A stretch of 64,000 nt of DNA from Chiloscyllium plagiosum (lineage: Eukaryota): positions 22,006,474 to 22,070,473 of the forward strand of contig NC_057723.1 in assembly GCF_004010195.1 (NCBI RefSeq), written 5' to 3'. This document shows positions 51,927 through 64,000 of the stretch, piece by piece; the first letter of the stretch is position 1; each line of letters opens with the position of its first letter. Below the pieces are notes generated by a model. It had not been told where the DNA came from. It was given only the letters and a program-made list of their open reading frames with translations, and did no database searches. The translations under genes and the position numbers were made by a program.

Positions 51927-52552
51927 TGTGATGATGCTACGCCTTTTAACAAGGTTATGTTGTCCTTGGGTATTTTTTCAGAGGGTCCGTAAACGCAGAG
52001 ACTCCAGGAGATCTAGGTTTGAAGGGTTTTAGGGTCAGTTTGATTATGGCTAACAAGAAACTGCCTCTGGAAAAAGACTTTCAAATTTAAAAAAAATACA
52101 CTTGTACAATGTAAGGGGAGTAGCCAGTTCTCCCAGCTCAGCTTTTCTCTGGTTAGGTTTGGTTTTAGTAAACAGTCAGTTGTGAAGCTGCTGGACCCAA
52201 GAAGCAGGTCCATGCTGATCCTCCCTCTCTCTGACATCTCTCCCTTAAGAACCTATGTTGGATGTTTCCCACTTTTTTTTGCCAAGGGTTGGTTATGGGA
52301 ATTGTTGTAAGTATGTGGAACAGCATCATTAAGTTGGGGTAATCTGTTGGGTTTTTGGATAGGTTAAGTTATTCTGTTCTCTTTTGTTGGTGTTTCATTT
52401 GGTAATCTTGCAAATAAATTCTTTTTTTTTTAAATCTAAGTGGTTTTACCAGCTGCATCACTCCTGGAATATCCTCTCTACACTTCTTAAAACAAATAGC
52501 AAAGTTAGAGTCGGGGCTACTTTCTTGAAATATTTTCAGTTGGTCCATAACA
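51927..52552 (+). mobile_element. Probable solo LTR
   Basis: TGTGATG...CATAACA termini, flanked by gtac(t)/gtac; internal AATAAA at ~52413. Confidence 0.55.
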
Positions 52553-54559
52553 GTACACTTCAGCTCTCAAGTAACAGAAATCTGCATATCCCAGTGGTCA
52601 CAAGTGCTACAGAGCAAGTGAGGGGATTTTACAGTATTTAAATGATGAACAATAAATGAAAGACTCATAGGCATCTGAACATTTCTGTGGCTCAAAGTTT
52701 TGAGAAGTGCTTTGAAACAAGTTTTGAATTGTTTGAGAAAGCAGCATTGTCAACCTCATACTCCTCACACTAAAAATGGCCTTACACCTTACAATGGGTT
52801 TTGCTGCAAAGAACAGACACTGCTGCTTCAATTGGTGAAGATCTGATGACTTCTTATTAACAGCCTCAGACTGTTCAGCTAACTAAAAACTAATTGCATC
52901 ATTTTTTGGCAGGCAGAAGGCCTTTGTTATTGATAACTGGTCACTAGTCCATAGACCAATCAGCTCTTTGTTGCCAGCTGAATCTCCATTTATGCACACT
53001 CTTGGCTCCAGCTCATCTGCCCCTTCTCCCAGTACAGCTTGAACCATTAGTTGTGTAAACAATGTTTACTGAGTATCATTACTTGCCTTCAAAACTTGCA
53101 GCAAAATTGTTGATTTTTAAAACCGGATTCTTTTCCCATTTCAGTCCACAATCAAAAATAAGAAAAATACAAATGATAGTGTCTTTACATAATAGAACTA
53201 ATGATTAACAGTAGACTTGAGCATTATTTATTCAATAATCTAGGAAAAAGCAGGCAGAAGAGACATCCTGTCTGACAAACCATAACCAACTTCTTTGAGG
53301 ATGTGACTTCAATAGTGAGGAATCCGACAACATAAGATACTTGGACTTTTTTTTTATAAAGTTACACCCAAAAGTCTATGAACAGACTATTACTTATACT
53401 CTAAGTGGTAAAGCTTTACTATTAACTGAGGAAAGACTAAGAAAGTTCTTGAAGGTTAGAAGTGATAACTACTCATTAGGAGGGATGATTTTCTTCAGAC
53501 TAGTGACCACAGCAACAATGAGAGTATCTCACTGCTGAAACTATATGCATCTTCTTGTGGACAGAAGCAATTGCAGTCGGTGGCCCAGGTGAAAGCCCAA
53601 AGTCCACAACTGTTTCTTTTTTTAAAAAAAAGCCTGCATGTGCTGACAAGGCCAAAGACTTCAAAGAATGTAGAATAATGCTATGCTGTTCATAGCACTA
53701 CTGGTGTAACTGATTAAGTGAGGAAATCGTGTCAACTTGGCAAAAGTGAGGACTGTGGATGCTGGAGATTAGGGTAGAGAGTGTAGTGCTGGAAAAGCAC
53801 AGCAGGTCAGGCTGCATCCGAGGAATAGTAGAATCACCAGTTCAGGCAAAAGCCCTTCATCAGGTTCAATCTGTCAGTTCTTTGAAACTGCATTGAGACT
53901 GCTGACAGCTGATTAATATCCGGGTCTGCAATTTGGTCAGCCCTTCCCAATTAGTAATTATCAGTCACTGGGATCCCGTTTTGTTTTTGTACAATATGAC
54001 TCTTTTTGCATTACCCTCATTTTGAGGAGCAAATCTTTCCTTCCAGCAGGGATACATAAGTTCATGGAGATACAGTAGCCATGCTGGTTCAACTCCTGTT
54101 CTGGTGGGCTTACTACCTAGCTGCTCCTTGAGGGAAAAGTCTGGAATGGCACGGAGAGCTACTTCAGTGGCAATGCTTTCCAGTGTTCAGATTTGAGATA
54201 CTGTTCTACCTGCTGCTAGATTTTTGGTTTCTTGATCCTTTGATACGTCTCTTTCAAATGCCTGATTCAGCAGCATGTTGTGCTGGTGCAGAGTTTCAGC
54301 CAGTATTGATTGGGTAGGGCCAAGCAGTATGCTAAGCCTTAATTCTGGCAGTGAAGAATGATGTCTGACAGCAACTGTGGGGATAGAAACAGAGTTAACG
54401 TCTTGAGTCTAATATGATTCTTCTCTGGATCCAAAGACCATGAAAGATCCAAGGAAATGTGATTGGTTTATGCCATTGAAAAAAGGCATCAGGGACAAGT
54501 GGAGCCAAAGGGACTGTCAGGGAAAGATTGCAAGGCAGTGGAGTTTAAGGTCCTAAAGT

Positions 54560-55170
54560 GTCATAGTGAAGTGCAGCATAGAAATAGACACTTCGGTGAA
54601 CTTGTCCAGCCGAATTGATATCCTAACCTCATCTAGGCACACTTGGCCTATGTCCCTGTAAACCCTTCCTATTCACGTACATATCCAAATACTGTTAATG
54701 TTGTAAATGTACCAACCTCCACCACTTTGTCTGGCAGCTTATTCCACACATGCAACACCCTCTGCATGAAAACGTTGCCCCTTAGGTCCCTTTCAAATCT
54801 TTCCCCTCTCACTATGGCCTCTATTTTTGGACTCCCCTACCCTGGGAAAAAGACCTTAGCCAATGACCTTATCCATGCCCCTTATGATTTTATACACCTC
54901 TATTAGGGCACCCTTCAGCCTCTGAAGCTCCAGGGAAAATATTCAATTGAAGCTCCTATTCAACCTCTCGCGATAGCTCAAACTCTCCAACCCTGGCACC
55001 ATCCTTGTAAATCTTTTCTACACCCTTTCAAGTTTAACAACATTTTTCCTATAGCAGGAAGACCAGAATTGAACTCCATTTTCCAAATGACGTCAAACGA
55101 ATGTCCTGGATAGCCACAACATGACATGTCAACTCTTTTATGCAATGCACTGATCAACCATGGAACAAAA
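54560..55170 (-). mobile_element. CR1 LINE 3' fragment nested in Penelope-like debris (~54330-55980)
   Basis: Reverse complement of the CR1 3' region seen at 7135-7780. Confidence 0.85.
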
Positions 55171-57862
55171 AGCAAAGGGATTGGTAACGGTTGTTAGGAA
55201 GGAGCAAAGCATTATTCCAGAGCAAGTGTTAATAGCAGAATAAAGGTCAGCCCTGATTGAAACAAAAAATGTGAAAAGGAAATACTCAGACTCTTTTGCT
55301 GGGAGAGTGGGGGAATAAGATAGTCTGACATTGTAGCGCATTCTATTGAGTGCCTCAATAAAACACTAAATGTTGTTTCTCCAGCTTATGCTGGATTTCA
55401 CTGGAACACTGCAGGAGGCCTCAGGCAGAAATGTGAGCAGGAGTGCCAGATGGTGTATTGGAAAAGTGAGTCATGCTTATGGAGTGAATGAAAGTGTCCT
55501 GTAAAGCAGTCATTCCGTCCTTGTTTGATCTCCCCACTTTGTGGAGTCCTCGTTCTGAGCAGTAAATGTAATAGGTCAAATTGACAGAAGCATTTGGACT
55601 TTAAGCAAGTTTTTAATGAAGTCCTACACAAGAGGCTATAATACAAAATCAAAGCAGGTGGGATTGGGGATGACTTGATTGAGAATTCTTTAATTGAAAA
55701 TATATCGCTGAGTGACAATCTGGAGATTCCTTTTATAACGGCTTTGTGGGTCAACCCACAGCATATGGATTGCAGGGTTTCAAGAATGCAGCTCACTACC
55801 ACCTCCTTGAGGGCATCTAAGGATGGAAAATAAATACTGGCTCAGCTAGTGACACCCACGTGCCATGAATGAATATTCCAAACATTTGTGGAAGACAACA
55901 TTATCAGAATAGATGTAAGGGAGATGAAAAAACTGGGGAATCAAATAGAGTCTTTCCAGGAAGCAGCTTGTGAAGAAGTATAGTCAGTTATAGTGAATGT
56001 GGTTAAACAACTGTGGCCCAAAGTTGGATATGGTAAATTGACCTACAGCTGGAGAAATTGGATCTGAAAGATTATATGCCAAAGTATGTTAAATCGCAAC
56101 CAGCAGCTTTCGTCCAAAGAACAGTGGAAACCAAGGTTAAGGAGGTCACAAAGCTTCTGGGGAAACCAGTTACCACCAGCCCATGGGTTGTGTTTTGGAG
56201 AAGTATCAATCAGATTTTCTGACATCTTGACTTCCAGCCAGTGCCTGAGGATCTGCACTTCACACCTCCCCCAGCATGGCAACAGCGAAGGGCCTTGGCA
56301 TGATCCTATTGGATGCTTTGAAACTCCATTCAACACCCCATTGACCATAAGACTACAGAATATTCTGGAAGGTTTGGGATGAGAGGATTAAAATAGATGC
56401 TTGAAAGCTATCCCCACAGTGAAGATTTACAGCAAGATCGGTGGCAGAAGACTGTGTGGTAACCCAAGAGGAGATCTGTTTTGACCTGGAAAATCCTCCT
56501 TTGTTGAAGAGAGCTAGCCCGACATGAGAGAGGAAGGAGATTCCAACTGACCAGCTCAAACACGTGGATCACTGCAAATAAATATCCTTTTGTCAAAGGG
56601 ATAGAACTAAATTGAGAGTAAATATCGTAGTTTTTTAAATAAGGAATGTTTTGTTAATAAAATTGAATTGAACCACTAACCGAATTCTACATCTCCTTGT
56701 CTGCCTCACCGACAAAAGCTCTTGGGGAAAGTATTTTTAACGCATAAACTGGCTAAAGTATCCAAAGATGCCAACATGAATAATTGTAGTCCAGATCTCC
56801 ATCATCTGCAGAGTTGTATTGGTGGTGTTTTAGTGAAGAGGGAAACTTGATAAACAACAAATTATATTTATAGAGCATTTTTCATGTAATGAAACATCCC
56901 AAGATGCTTCTGAGGAACATTATTTAAAAAAAAAACATGACGCTGAGCTCTGAAGAGATATCCAATCCACCAAGAAGTGTCTTAAAGGATAAAAATGAGG
57001 TCAGGAGCTACAATGAGGGTATTGTGGAGCAATTGAAACCAATCGACGTGCAATAAAGGTGGAATTTCCTGCATGCAGTGAGATAGGGGTCAGTAGCAGA
57101 TCAGAAACCTGCTTATAATTTAATCAGGCTTTGCTTTAAATCAACCAGTGCATTCATATCCTACTTCCAGATTTTACAACCATAGAGGGTAGGTGAATTG
57201 ATTCAATGAATTTGTCAAAGGAAGGATATTGAAGGGACTGACCTCTACATTGACTCCTGAGGCTTCAGTAACCTTAGAAATAGAAAGGAAGGCTGGAAAG
57301 AGCTAATTATTTGCCTGTAGACTCTGTGCTGGGTATCTCTCATCCTTCCAGTCAGCTTTTTATATCCATCACCTTGGGCCTTTGGAGGGGCATGTGACTG
57401 AGGAAAAGGTGACTGATGCTGCTGCTGCTTGTCTTGCTGCTAGTGCTGTTGGAGTTTATGCTGCTGATGCTCTTGGTTTTTCATCAGAAGTCCAAGAGAC
57501 AGCAGCAGAAAGTGCTAGCAGTGAAGGCTGACAGCAGGGAATTGCAGATCGAGGTGAGTCAAGTTCAAGACCGGTGCAGTGATTTCCATGAAACAGGAAA
57601 GAACCGGTTGAGCAGTGCAAGCACATTGTCTCTCTGTAAATGTGGTTTTGAAGCCCCAGCCTCTCTTCTCGGCAGCTCTTCTTCTGTTTCACTGTCTGAA
57701 GGCTTGCCAGTCTCTGTCAGTCTTCAAGAACAATGGCTCCCTCCTGTGCTCTCACCTGGTTAAACCTGGTAAATTCCAAATAGCCTTGCTTTAACTGCTA
57801 AAGCCAGAAGTCTGCATTAAAAGTAGAATCAATTGCCTAATTACATACATCAATGATTTATC

Positions 57863-58253
57863 CAGCAGATGTACAGGAGATTTCAGCTTACCTGGCTGTA
57901 ACATGACTTTTCTGAAATCCAGAGTTAGGGGGAATGATGACATGTCACCTTTTCAAGGTTTTAACCTCTCCTTCATGCTCTCTATGATTTTGTTTGTAGC
58001 ATCCTAACAATACCATCACTCAATTATGTCCAATGGGTAAATTCTTAATTTTGGGAAACAGCAGATGTACAGGAGATTCCAGCTTACCTGGCTGTAACAT
58101 GACTTTTCTGAAATCCAGAGTTAGGGGGAATGATGACATGTCACTTTTCAAGGTTTTAACCTCTCCTTCATGCTCTCTATGATTTTGTTTGTAGCATCCT
58201 AACAATACCATCACTCAATTATGTCCAATGGGTAAATTCTTAATTTTGGGAAA
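57863..58253 (+). repeat. Tandem duplication, 196 + 195 bp units
   Basis: 57863-58058 vs 58059-58253; one substitution and one 1-bp indel seen. Confidence 0.95.
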
Positions 58254-59780
58254 AGACAGGGCAGAACTTATACACTTAATGGTAAGGTCCTGGGAAGAAT
58301 GTAAGTTAGCTCACTAAGCTTGAAGGTTTGTTTTTAGATGTTTCGTCACCATTCTAGGTAACATCAGGGAGCATCTCCAGTGAAGTGCTGGTGATATGTT
58401 CCGCCTCTCTATTTAGAGATCTTTGGTTCTTAAGGTGGGTGATGTCATTTCTGGTTCTCCCTTTCAAGGGAAGTTAGATAGAATTAATTCTGTGTTTATT
58501 GATGGAGTTCTGGTTAGAATGCAATGTCTCTAAGAATCCTTGTGTGTCTTTGTTTTGCCTGTCTTAAAATGAGTGTGTTGTCCCAATCAAAGTGTGTCCT
58601 TCTTTGTCTGTATGTATAGAAACTAATGATAGTGGGTTGTGTCTTTTGGTGCTAGTTGGTGTTCAAGTATCTTGGTGTCAAGTTTCCTGCTAGTTTGTCC
58701 GATGTTTTTTTTTACAGTTCTTGCATGGTATCTTATAAGTGACATTAGTTTTGCTGGTATATCTAAGGGATCCTTTAGGTTCATTAGTCGCTGTTTAAAT
58801 GTGTTGGTAGGTTTGTGGGCTACCATGACGCCAAGGGATCCGAGTAGTCTGGAAGTCATTTCTGATATGTCTTTGTAAGGTAATGTGGCTTTTGCTTTTG
58901 GTTGCTTTGTGACTGCTTGTTTGGGTTTGTTTCTGAGGAATTAGTGGATTGTGTTTATTGGGTACTCGTTTTTCTTGAAAACAGTGTATTGATATTTTTT
59001 CTTCTGCTTTTTGTAGTTCTTGGATGCTGCAGTGTGATTGTAGCTTATTGAAATGATGTCTTGATGCAGTGTTACTGAACATTGAACCTGTACTCCCAGG
59101 TCTCTTAGTTGCTTGAAAGTGGAGTCCCAGGTAGACAGGATAGTGAAGAAGGTGTTTGGTATGCTTTCCTTTATTGGTCAGAGTATTGAGTATAGGAGTT
59201 GGGAAGTCATTTTGTGGCTGTACAGGGCATTGGTTAGGCCCATTTTGGAGAATTGTGTGCAATTCTGGTCTCTCTCCCATCAGAAGGATGTTGTGAAACT
59301 TAAAAGGGTTCAGAAAAGGTTTATGAAAATGCTGCCAGGGTTGGAGGTTTTGAGCTATAGGGAGAGGCTGAAAAGGCTGGGGTTATTTTCCCTGGAGCGT
59401 CGGAGGCTGAGGAGTGACCTTAAAGATTTATAAAAATCATGAGGGGCGTGAATAAGGTAAATAGGCAAGTTCATTTCCCCAGGATAGGGGAATCCAAATC
59501 TAGAGAGCATCAGGTTAGGGTGAGAGGGGAAAGATTATAAACAGAATCTAAGGGCAACTTCTTCATGCAGAGTGTGGTGTTTTATATGGAATGAGCTGCC
59601 AGAAGAAGTGGTGGATGATGGTATAATTATAATATTTAAAAGGCATGTGGATGGGTACATGAATAGGAAAGGTTTACAGGGATATGGTTCAAATGCTGAC
59701 AAATGGAACTAGATTTATTCAGGATGCCTGGTCAGTATGGATGAATTGGATCAAAGAGTGCTGTATATTTCTATGGTTAC
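58243..59780 (+). mobile_element. CR1 LINE 3' fragment split by the Penelope insertion
   Basis: FGK...RTYTLNGKVL codons at 58243-58295 resume at ~59065 and ~59113 (KVESQVDRIVKK...RPILENCVQFW). Confidence 0.85.
58298..59050 (-). mobile_element. Penelope-like element 3' region (GIY-YIG endonuclease remnant) inserted in a CR1
   Basis: IGQTSRKLDTKILEHQLA (GIY-YIG YIGQT.R.L..R..EH motif); decayed hammerhead ctgatg...gtgacGAAAcatc at ~58337-58368. Confidence 0.75.
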
Positions 59781-60774
59781 GAATGGTCTCTTAGATAACC
59801 TGCTCTAGGCTTGTAGGTCCCGTTGTTATTTGTTGAATTATGTTCCATAGCCTAATCATAGTTTAAGGCATTTGTCTGGATCACTGTGCAGTGAATGAGG
59901 CAGCAGGGGAGCTGACAAGGATTTGTGTTAGGATTTGGCCAGCAAGAGAATGGAGTAGAAGGAGAGCTAGTGGAAGGTGAGTGAAGAGGCAGGTGAAGTG
60001 GCGAGGGTCTGAGTGGAGGCAGTGACTGATAGGCATTTAAAAAAGTTACCTGTGGCATTATTGGGAGCAATGTCAAAGGCAATGCAACTGCATACATGCA
60101 TGCTAAAGATATGTCCTGAAGTTGCAGTGACAGAAAATGCAGCCATTTACATACCCTTCCCTGCCTTTTTTTAATGGTTCTTTGTACCACAAATAATCCT
60201 TAGTTATGGAAACCTTCTCTCTTTTGTTGTTGGTTGTCAATTGGTTGTGTTACATAAAGATCAACGTGCGACCTTTGTTGAACAACTCCAAAGCTGTTTT
60301 TTTTTAAATGCATTTTAATTAGCAGAGATCTCCTGTGTCCAAACGAACAGGTATTCCTTTGTAAAGGGCTTATTTAAACTCATCCAATTAAACCTGTTTG
60401 GCTGCAAGCATGTGTGTTGTAATTGCATCAAGGTTTGTATAATTCGCCCTGCTATGTGAATTCCGCCAGATCCATGTGTTTCAAGAAATGCTCATATGTT
60501 GTGCAAGTTCTGTATCTTTGGCAGTCAGTACCAGAGCCAGTATGCAGTTAAGAGGCTGAGGTGGCAGAGAAAAACAGATGGAGGAGAAATGGATATGTTC
60601 CAAGGCATGCTGAAGCTCTATGTGGAAAAGTGGGTGGAGGAGGTTTGAGTCCTGTCTGGATTCTCAGGGAACTCTGGTTTATGGGTTTACAGCTGTGGGG
60701 AAAGGCTGGGGGAGAGGAGAGGATGGGGAAACTTCCAGCCAAGGCTTAATGAATGGGTTATGGGTAAGCTAGAA

Positions 60775-61215
60775 GGGGTGGCATGTTGGCTCAGTGGTTA
60801 GCACTGCTGCCTCACAGCGCCAGCAACCTAGATTAGATTCCTGCCTCAGGTGGCTGTCTGTCTGTGTGCAGTTTGTATATTCTCCCCGTGTCTGCGTGGG
60901 TTTCCTCTGGGTGCTCTGGTTTCCTCCACAATCCAAAGATGTGCAGGTCAGGTGAATTGGCCGTGCTAAGTTGCCCATAGTGTTAGGTGCATTAGTCGGG
61001 GAGAAATATGGCGAATGGGTCTGGGTGGGTTACTTTGTGAAGGGTCAGTATGGACTTGTTAGCCTAAGGGCCTGAGTTGAAAAATGTGGTGCTGGAAAAA
61101 CACAGCAGGCCAGGCAGCATCCAAGGAGCAGGAGAATCGATGTTTCGGGCATAAGCCCTTCTTCAGGCCTAAGGGCCTGTTTCCATACTGTAGGGAATCT
61201 AATCTAACCTAATCT
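60775..61215 (+). mobile_element. HE1 V-SINE containing a 92-bp insertion
   Basis: tRNA head, V-domain, (aatct)n tail. Confidence 0.9.
61075..61166 (-). mobile_element. 92-bp Penelope-derived insertion with hammerhead ribozyme core, 13-bp TSD
   Basis: gcctaagggcctg at 61062-61074 and 61167-61179; minus strand CTGAAGA-a-gggc-ttat-gccc-GAAA-ca-tc (61139-61166). Confidence 0.8.
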
Positions 61216-61579
61216 TACAGATGAGGCAAGATCTACAGTCCTGTACAGGCTTTTTTATTTGTAGCAGGCCACTGGGAGAAAAGGTTTTTTGAAAAAATTA
61301 AATACTTTTGCAGATTCAGATCTCCACCGAAGATGTGATCTCTCCTCCTTGTCCTCTTCATTCCACTTGTAGCTGAGTGGATGAACAGTAATGCATGCAC
61401 AGAGTGCACTGTGAATCTGTGTATGGCACAAGCACAGCATCGAGAGGACTGTCCGGCAGTTTCTCAGTCACTATCTGAGAAATAAATGGTGTCAAAGAAT
61501 GAGATTCAGGACAGGCTGCTAAATTATCAGATAACCTTGTAAAATACCAAATGGTTGGCGATTTGTGCATTGTGATTAA

Positions 61580-62280
61580 AAGTTAAGCGTGTGGAATTGA
61601 TGGAATATAAAGTGGTTTGTCAAGAAACGTAGAGGAGCTGAATATTCTTTAAATAGAGGAAAAACTGCAGAAAGCTTCAGAACGGAGGGACTTTGGGGTC
61701 CTTGTCCACGAATCTCAAAAAAACTAGCATCCAGGAAGTCTAGCAGACGGAAGGCAAATTGAATATTGGCCTTTATTTCAAAGAGAATAGACATTTAGCT
61801 TTGCTAAATCTATAGAAGGCACTAATTGGACCATAGCTGGAATACTGTTAACTGTTTTAGGCTGCTTATCTGAAGAAAGATACACTGGGGTTGGAGGCAG
61901 TCCAGAGAAGGTTCACTAGACTGGTATAGATATGGAGGGACTGTCTTCTGAAGAGCAGTTGTATTTATTGAAATTTGGAAAAATGAAAGGTAACGTTATT
62001 GATATATGCAAGATTCTTGGGGGACTTGGTGGGATAGATGTAGAAAAGGACTCTCCCCTTGTGGGAGAGTCTAGAATCTGAGAATAAGGGGTCACACAGT
62101 TAAAGCACAGGTGAGGAGGAACATATTCACTGAGTTAGTACATTTGTGGAATTCTTTATTATAGAGGGTTATTGAAGCTGGACCATTAAATATATTCCAG
62201 ACTGGGATGCAGATTTTTAATCAGTAAGGAAATCAAGATAAAAGACAAAAGTGGAGTGGAGGATTCAGATCAGCCATAAC
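61580..62280 (+). mobile_element. Old CR1 LINE 3' fragment
   Basis: Degraded RT C-terminus (ctggaatactg, ttggaggcagtccagagaaggttcac) and 3' UTR cagatcagccat. Confidence 0.7.
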
Positions 62281-64000
62281 TTTTCTCCCTTGTCTTTGAC
62301 ATCTATGTGCACCAGGACAATTCTTCCCCTCCCACTAAGACTCATCTCCGGCCCAGAAGAGATGTCCTGAACTTTGGAACCAGGTAGGCAACACAGCCTT
62401 TGGAATACTCTTTTCTGCTGAAAACCATGTCTATTCCTTCTGTTAACCCCTATGACTACTACGTATCCCTTTTCTTCCCACTTGAATGGTATGCTATAAC
62501 ATGGTGCTTTGGTCAGTTTGCTTAACCGCCCCTAATACCAGTTGGAGAAGAGCACAGGCTGATGCTCCAAAGCTAAATTCTGAATCCCAATACCTGCCAG
62601 TATTGCAGTAGTACTCTTCTGTCCCTGGCCATGGATCAAATGTGATGTAACTCATCAAATGGGTCTGACTGCCTCCTGAAACCGTTTCCAGGTACTCCTT
62701 CCCTTTGCCTGATGCATTGCAATGTCTGCGACCAGCTTTCCTGTAGTTGTCTTACCGGCTGCATTTGGTTTCCATGGCCTCTGTGTGGCAGCAACTTCCA
62801 GAGCCAGACATCAGTGCTGTAACTGGTGATCGCCATGCATGCAACATTGGAGTGGCTGCTTGCACACACAGTCGGGAGGCTTAGAGGGAGTATTCCCTGC
62901 ATCTCTGCCATTAATTCCAAGCTGAGATTCCTCGAGCTCGCCGTGACCACTATTGATTATTAAGCTGCAACCTATCCAGCCATCTCTATTCTATTTAATT
63001 AATTAATTTGGATGTTAAGTATTTTAAAAATGAATTCTTTGACTGTATTTGTCTGCTGTAATAATATCTTTTCAAATTTACCACTTGGCCAATAAAAAGA
63101 GGTGTGGGAAAAATACCCACCAATTATGTACCTATTTTCCTGAGATATTGTATTTCTGCTCTGATAGGTAAAATAGGTTAAGTGGCTCTCTGCTGCCAGT
63201 TTTTTTTTCTCCTGTTGCCTTTCTCACTGCTATCTCAGTCCACTTCACTGTGATGCTGATGTACTGCGCACACACTGGCAATCTGGATATTTCTGTCTCT
63301 GTCTCTCTGTATCATTGGACATCCAGCCCATTTTCTCTAACTTAAAAAAAAATTGGACTAGTAACTCAAACACTCATTCAAATTGCATGTATAAACAGGC
63401 CTGAGACCTCCAAGCACCAAAACATAGAAACTCAAAAAATAAAAATAAAACGATGTCTTCCCTCATCTGAACACAAAAAATATAGAAATACAAATCAAAC
63501 TTAAAGCAATGAGTCATTGCTCTGCTTACGAACACAAGATCTCAAACAATAACAATGCATTATGAACCTTTGCATTCCTTGTCATTCAGTTTTAATTCTA
63601 GGTTGAGATAATACTAGGTTTGCTTCACTGAAGCATTCTCATGCCACCAGCTGCCATTATTACAGATTCATGTTGAGATATTTCATTTGAGTGTTGATTT
63701 ACCTGTCTGACCTACTTCGTGCATTTAACTTGGTTTTTATTCCAAGTTTCAGAATTTTTTGTTTATTAATTCTTAATATAATGGTAAGATATCTAAACTT
63801 ATTCAGGTTCAATTCACCTTGTGCAAACTTTCATGTGACCTGTTGCATCCCACGCCTGTTTTCATATATAAGATTGTAAGCAACTATACCAATTTGAGTA
63901 AGGTACAAATGTTTGCACCTCATCATCTGGACTGGTGCCAAAGGAAAACTTGGAAACATCTTCCAATCTAAAGCCAATTTTCACACATTACCTTATTTGC

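Noticed and set aside
57416-57763. Leu-rich, signal-peptide-like 115-aa ORF
   Set aside because: Derived from low-complexity (ctg/gct)n sequence; no splice or promoter support and no family resemblance.

Overview
Vertebrate genomic DNA, almost certainly a cartilaginous fish (shark). The evidence is HE1/V-SINEs, HER1/CR1 LINEs and Penelope-like repeats; a carpet-shark origin is only a guess. The window is the GDF9-UQCRQ-LEAP2 block, syntenic to human 5q31. Four intact spliced genes were reconstructed by hand, all on the minus strand: two tandem LEAP2 paralogues (3 exons, 80 aa each), UQCRQ (82 aa) and GDF9 (2 exons, about 406 aa). The ORF track misses the LEAP2 exons 2 and 3. Most of the rest is degraded CR1, Tx1/L1, Penelope, LTR and SINE sequence. 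Three things stand out. (1) The two LEAP2 copies are about 76% identical in exons 1 and 3, but about 97% identical over a ~285-bp tract covering exon 2 and flanking intron, the signature of gene conversion on most of the mature peptide. (2) Several tiny TSD-flanked Penelope-derived insertions carry minimal hammerhead-ribozyme cores, two of them in gene promoters. (3) GDF9 is co-directional with UQCRQ here, whereas the human genes are head-to-head. Repeat boundaries are approximate and all identity counts are by eye.
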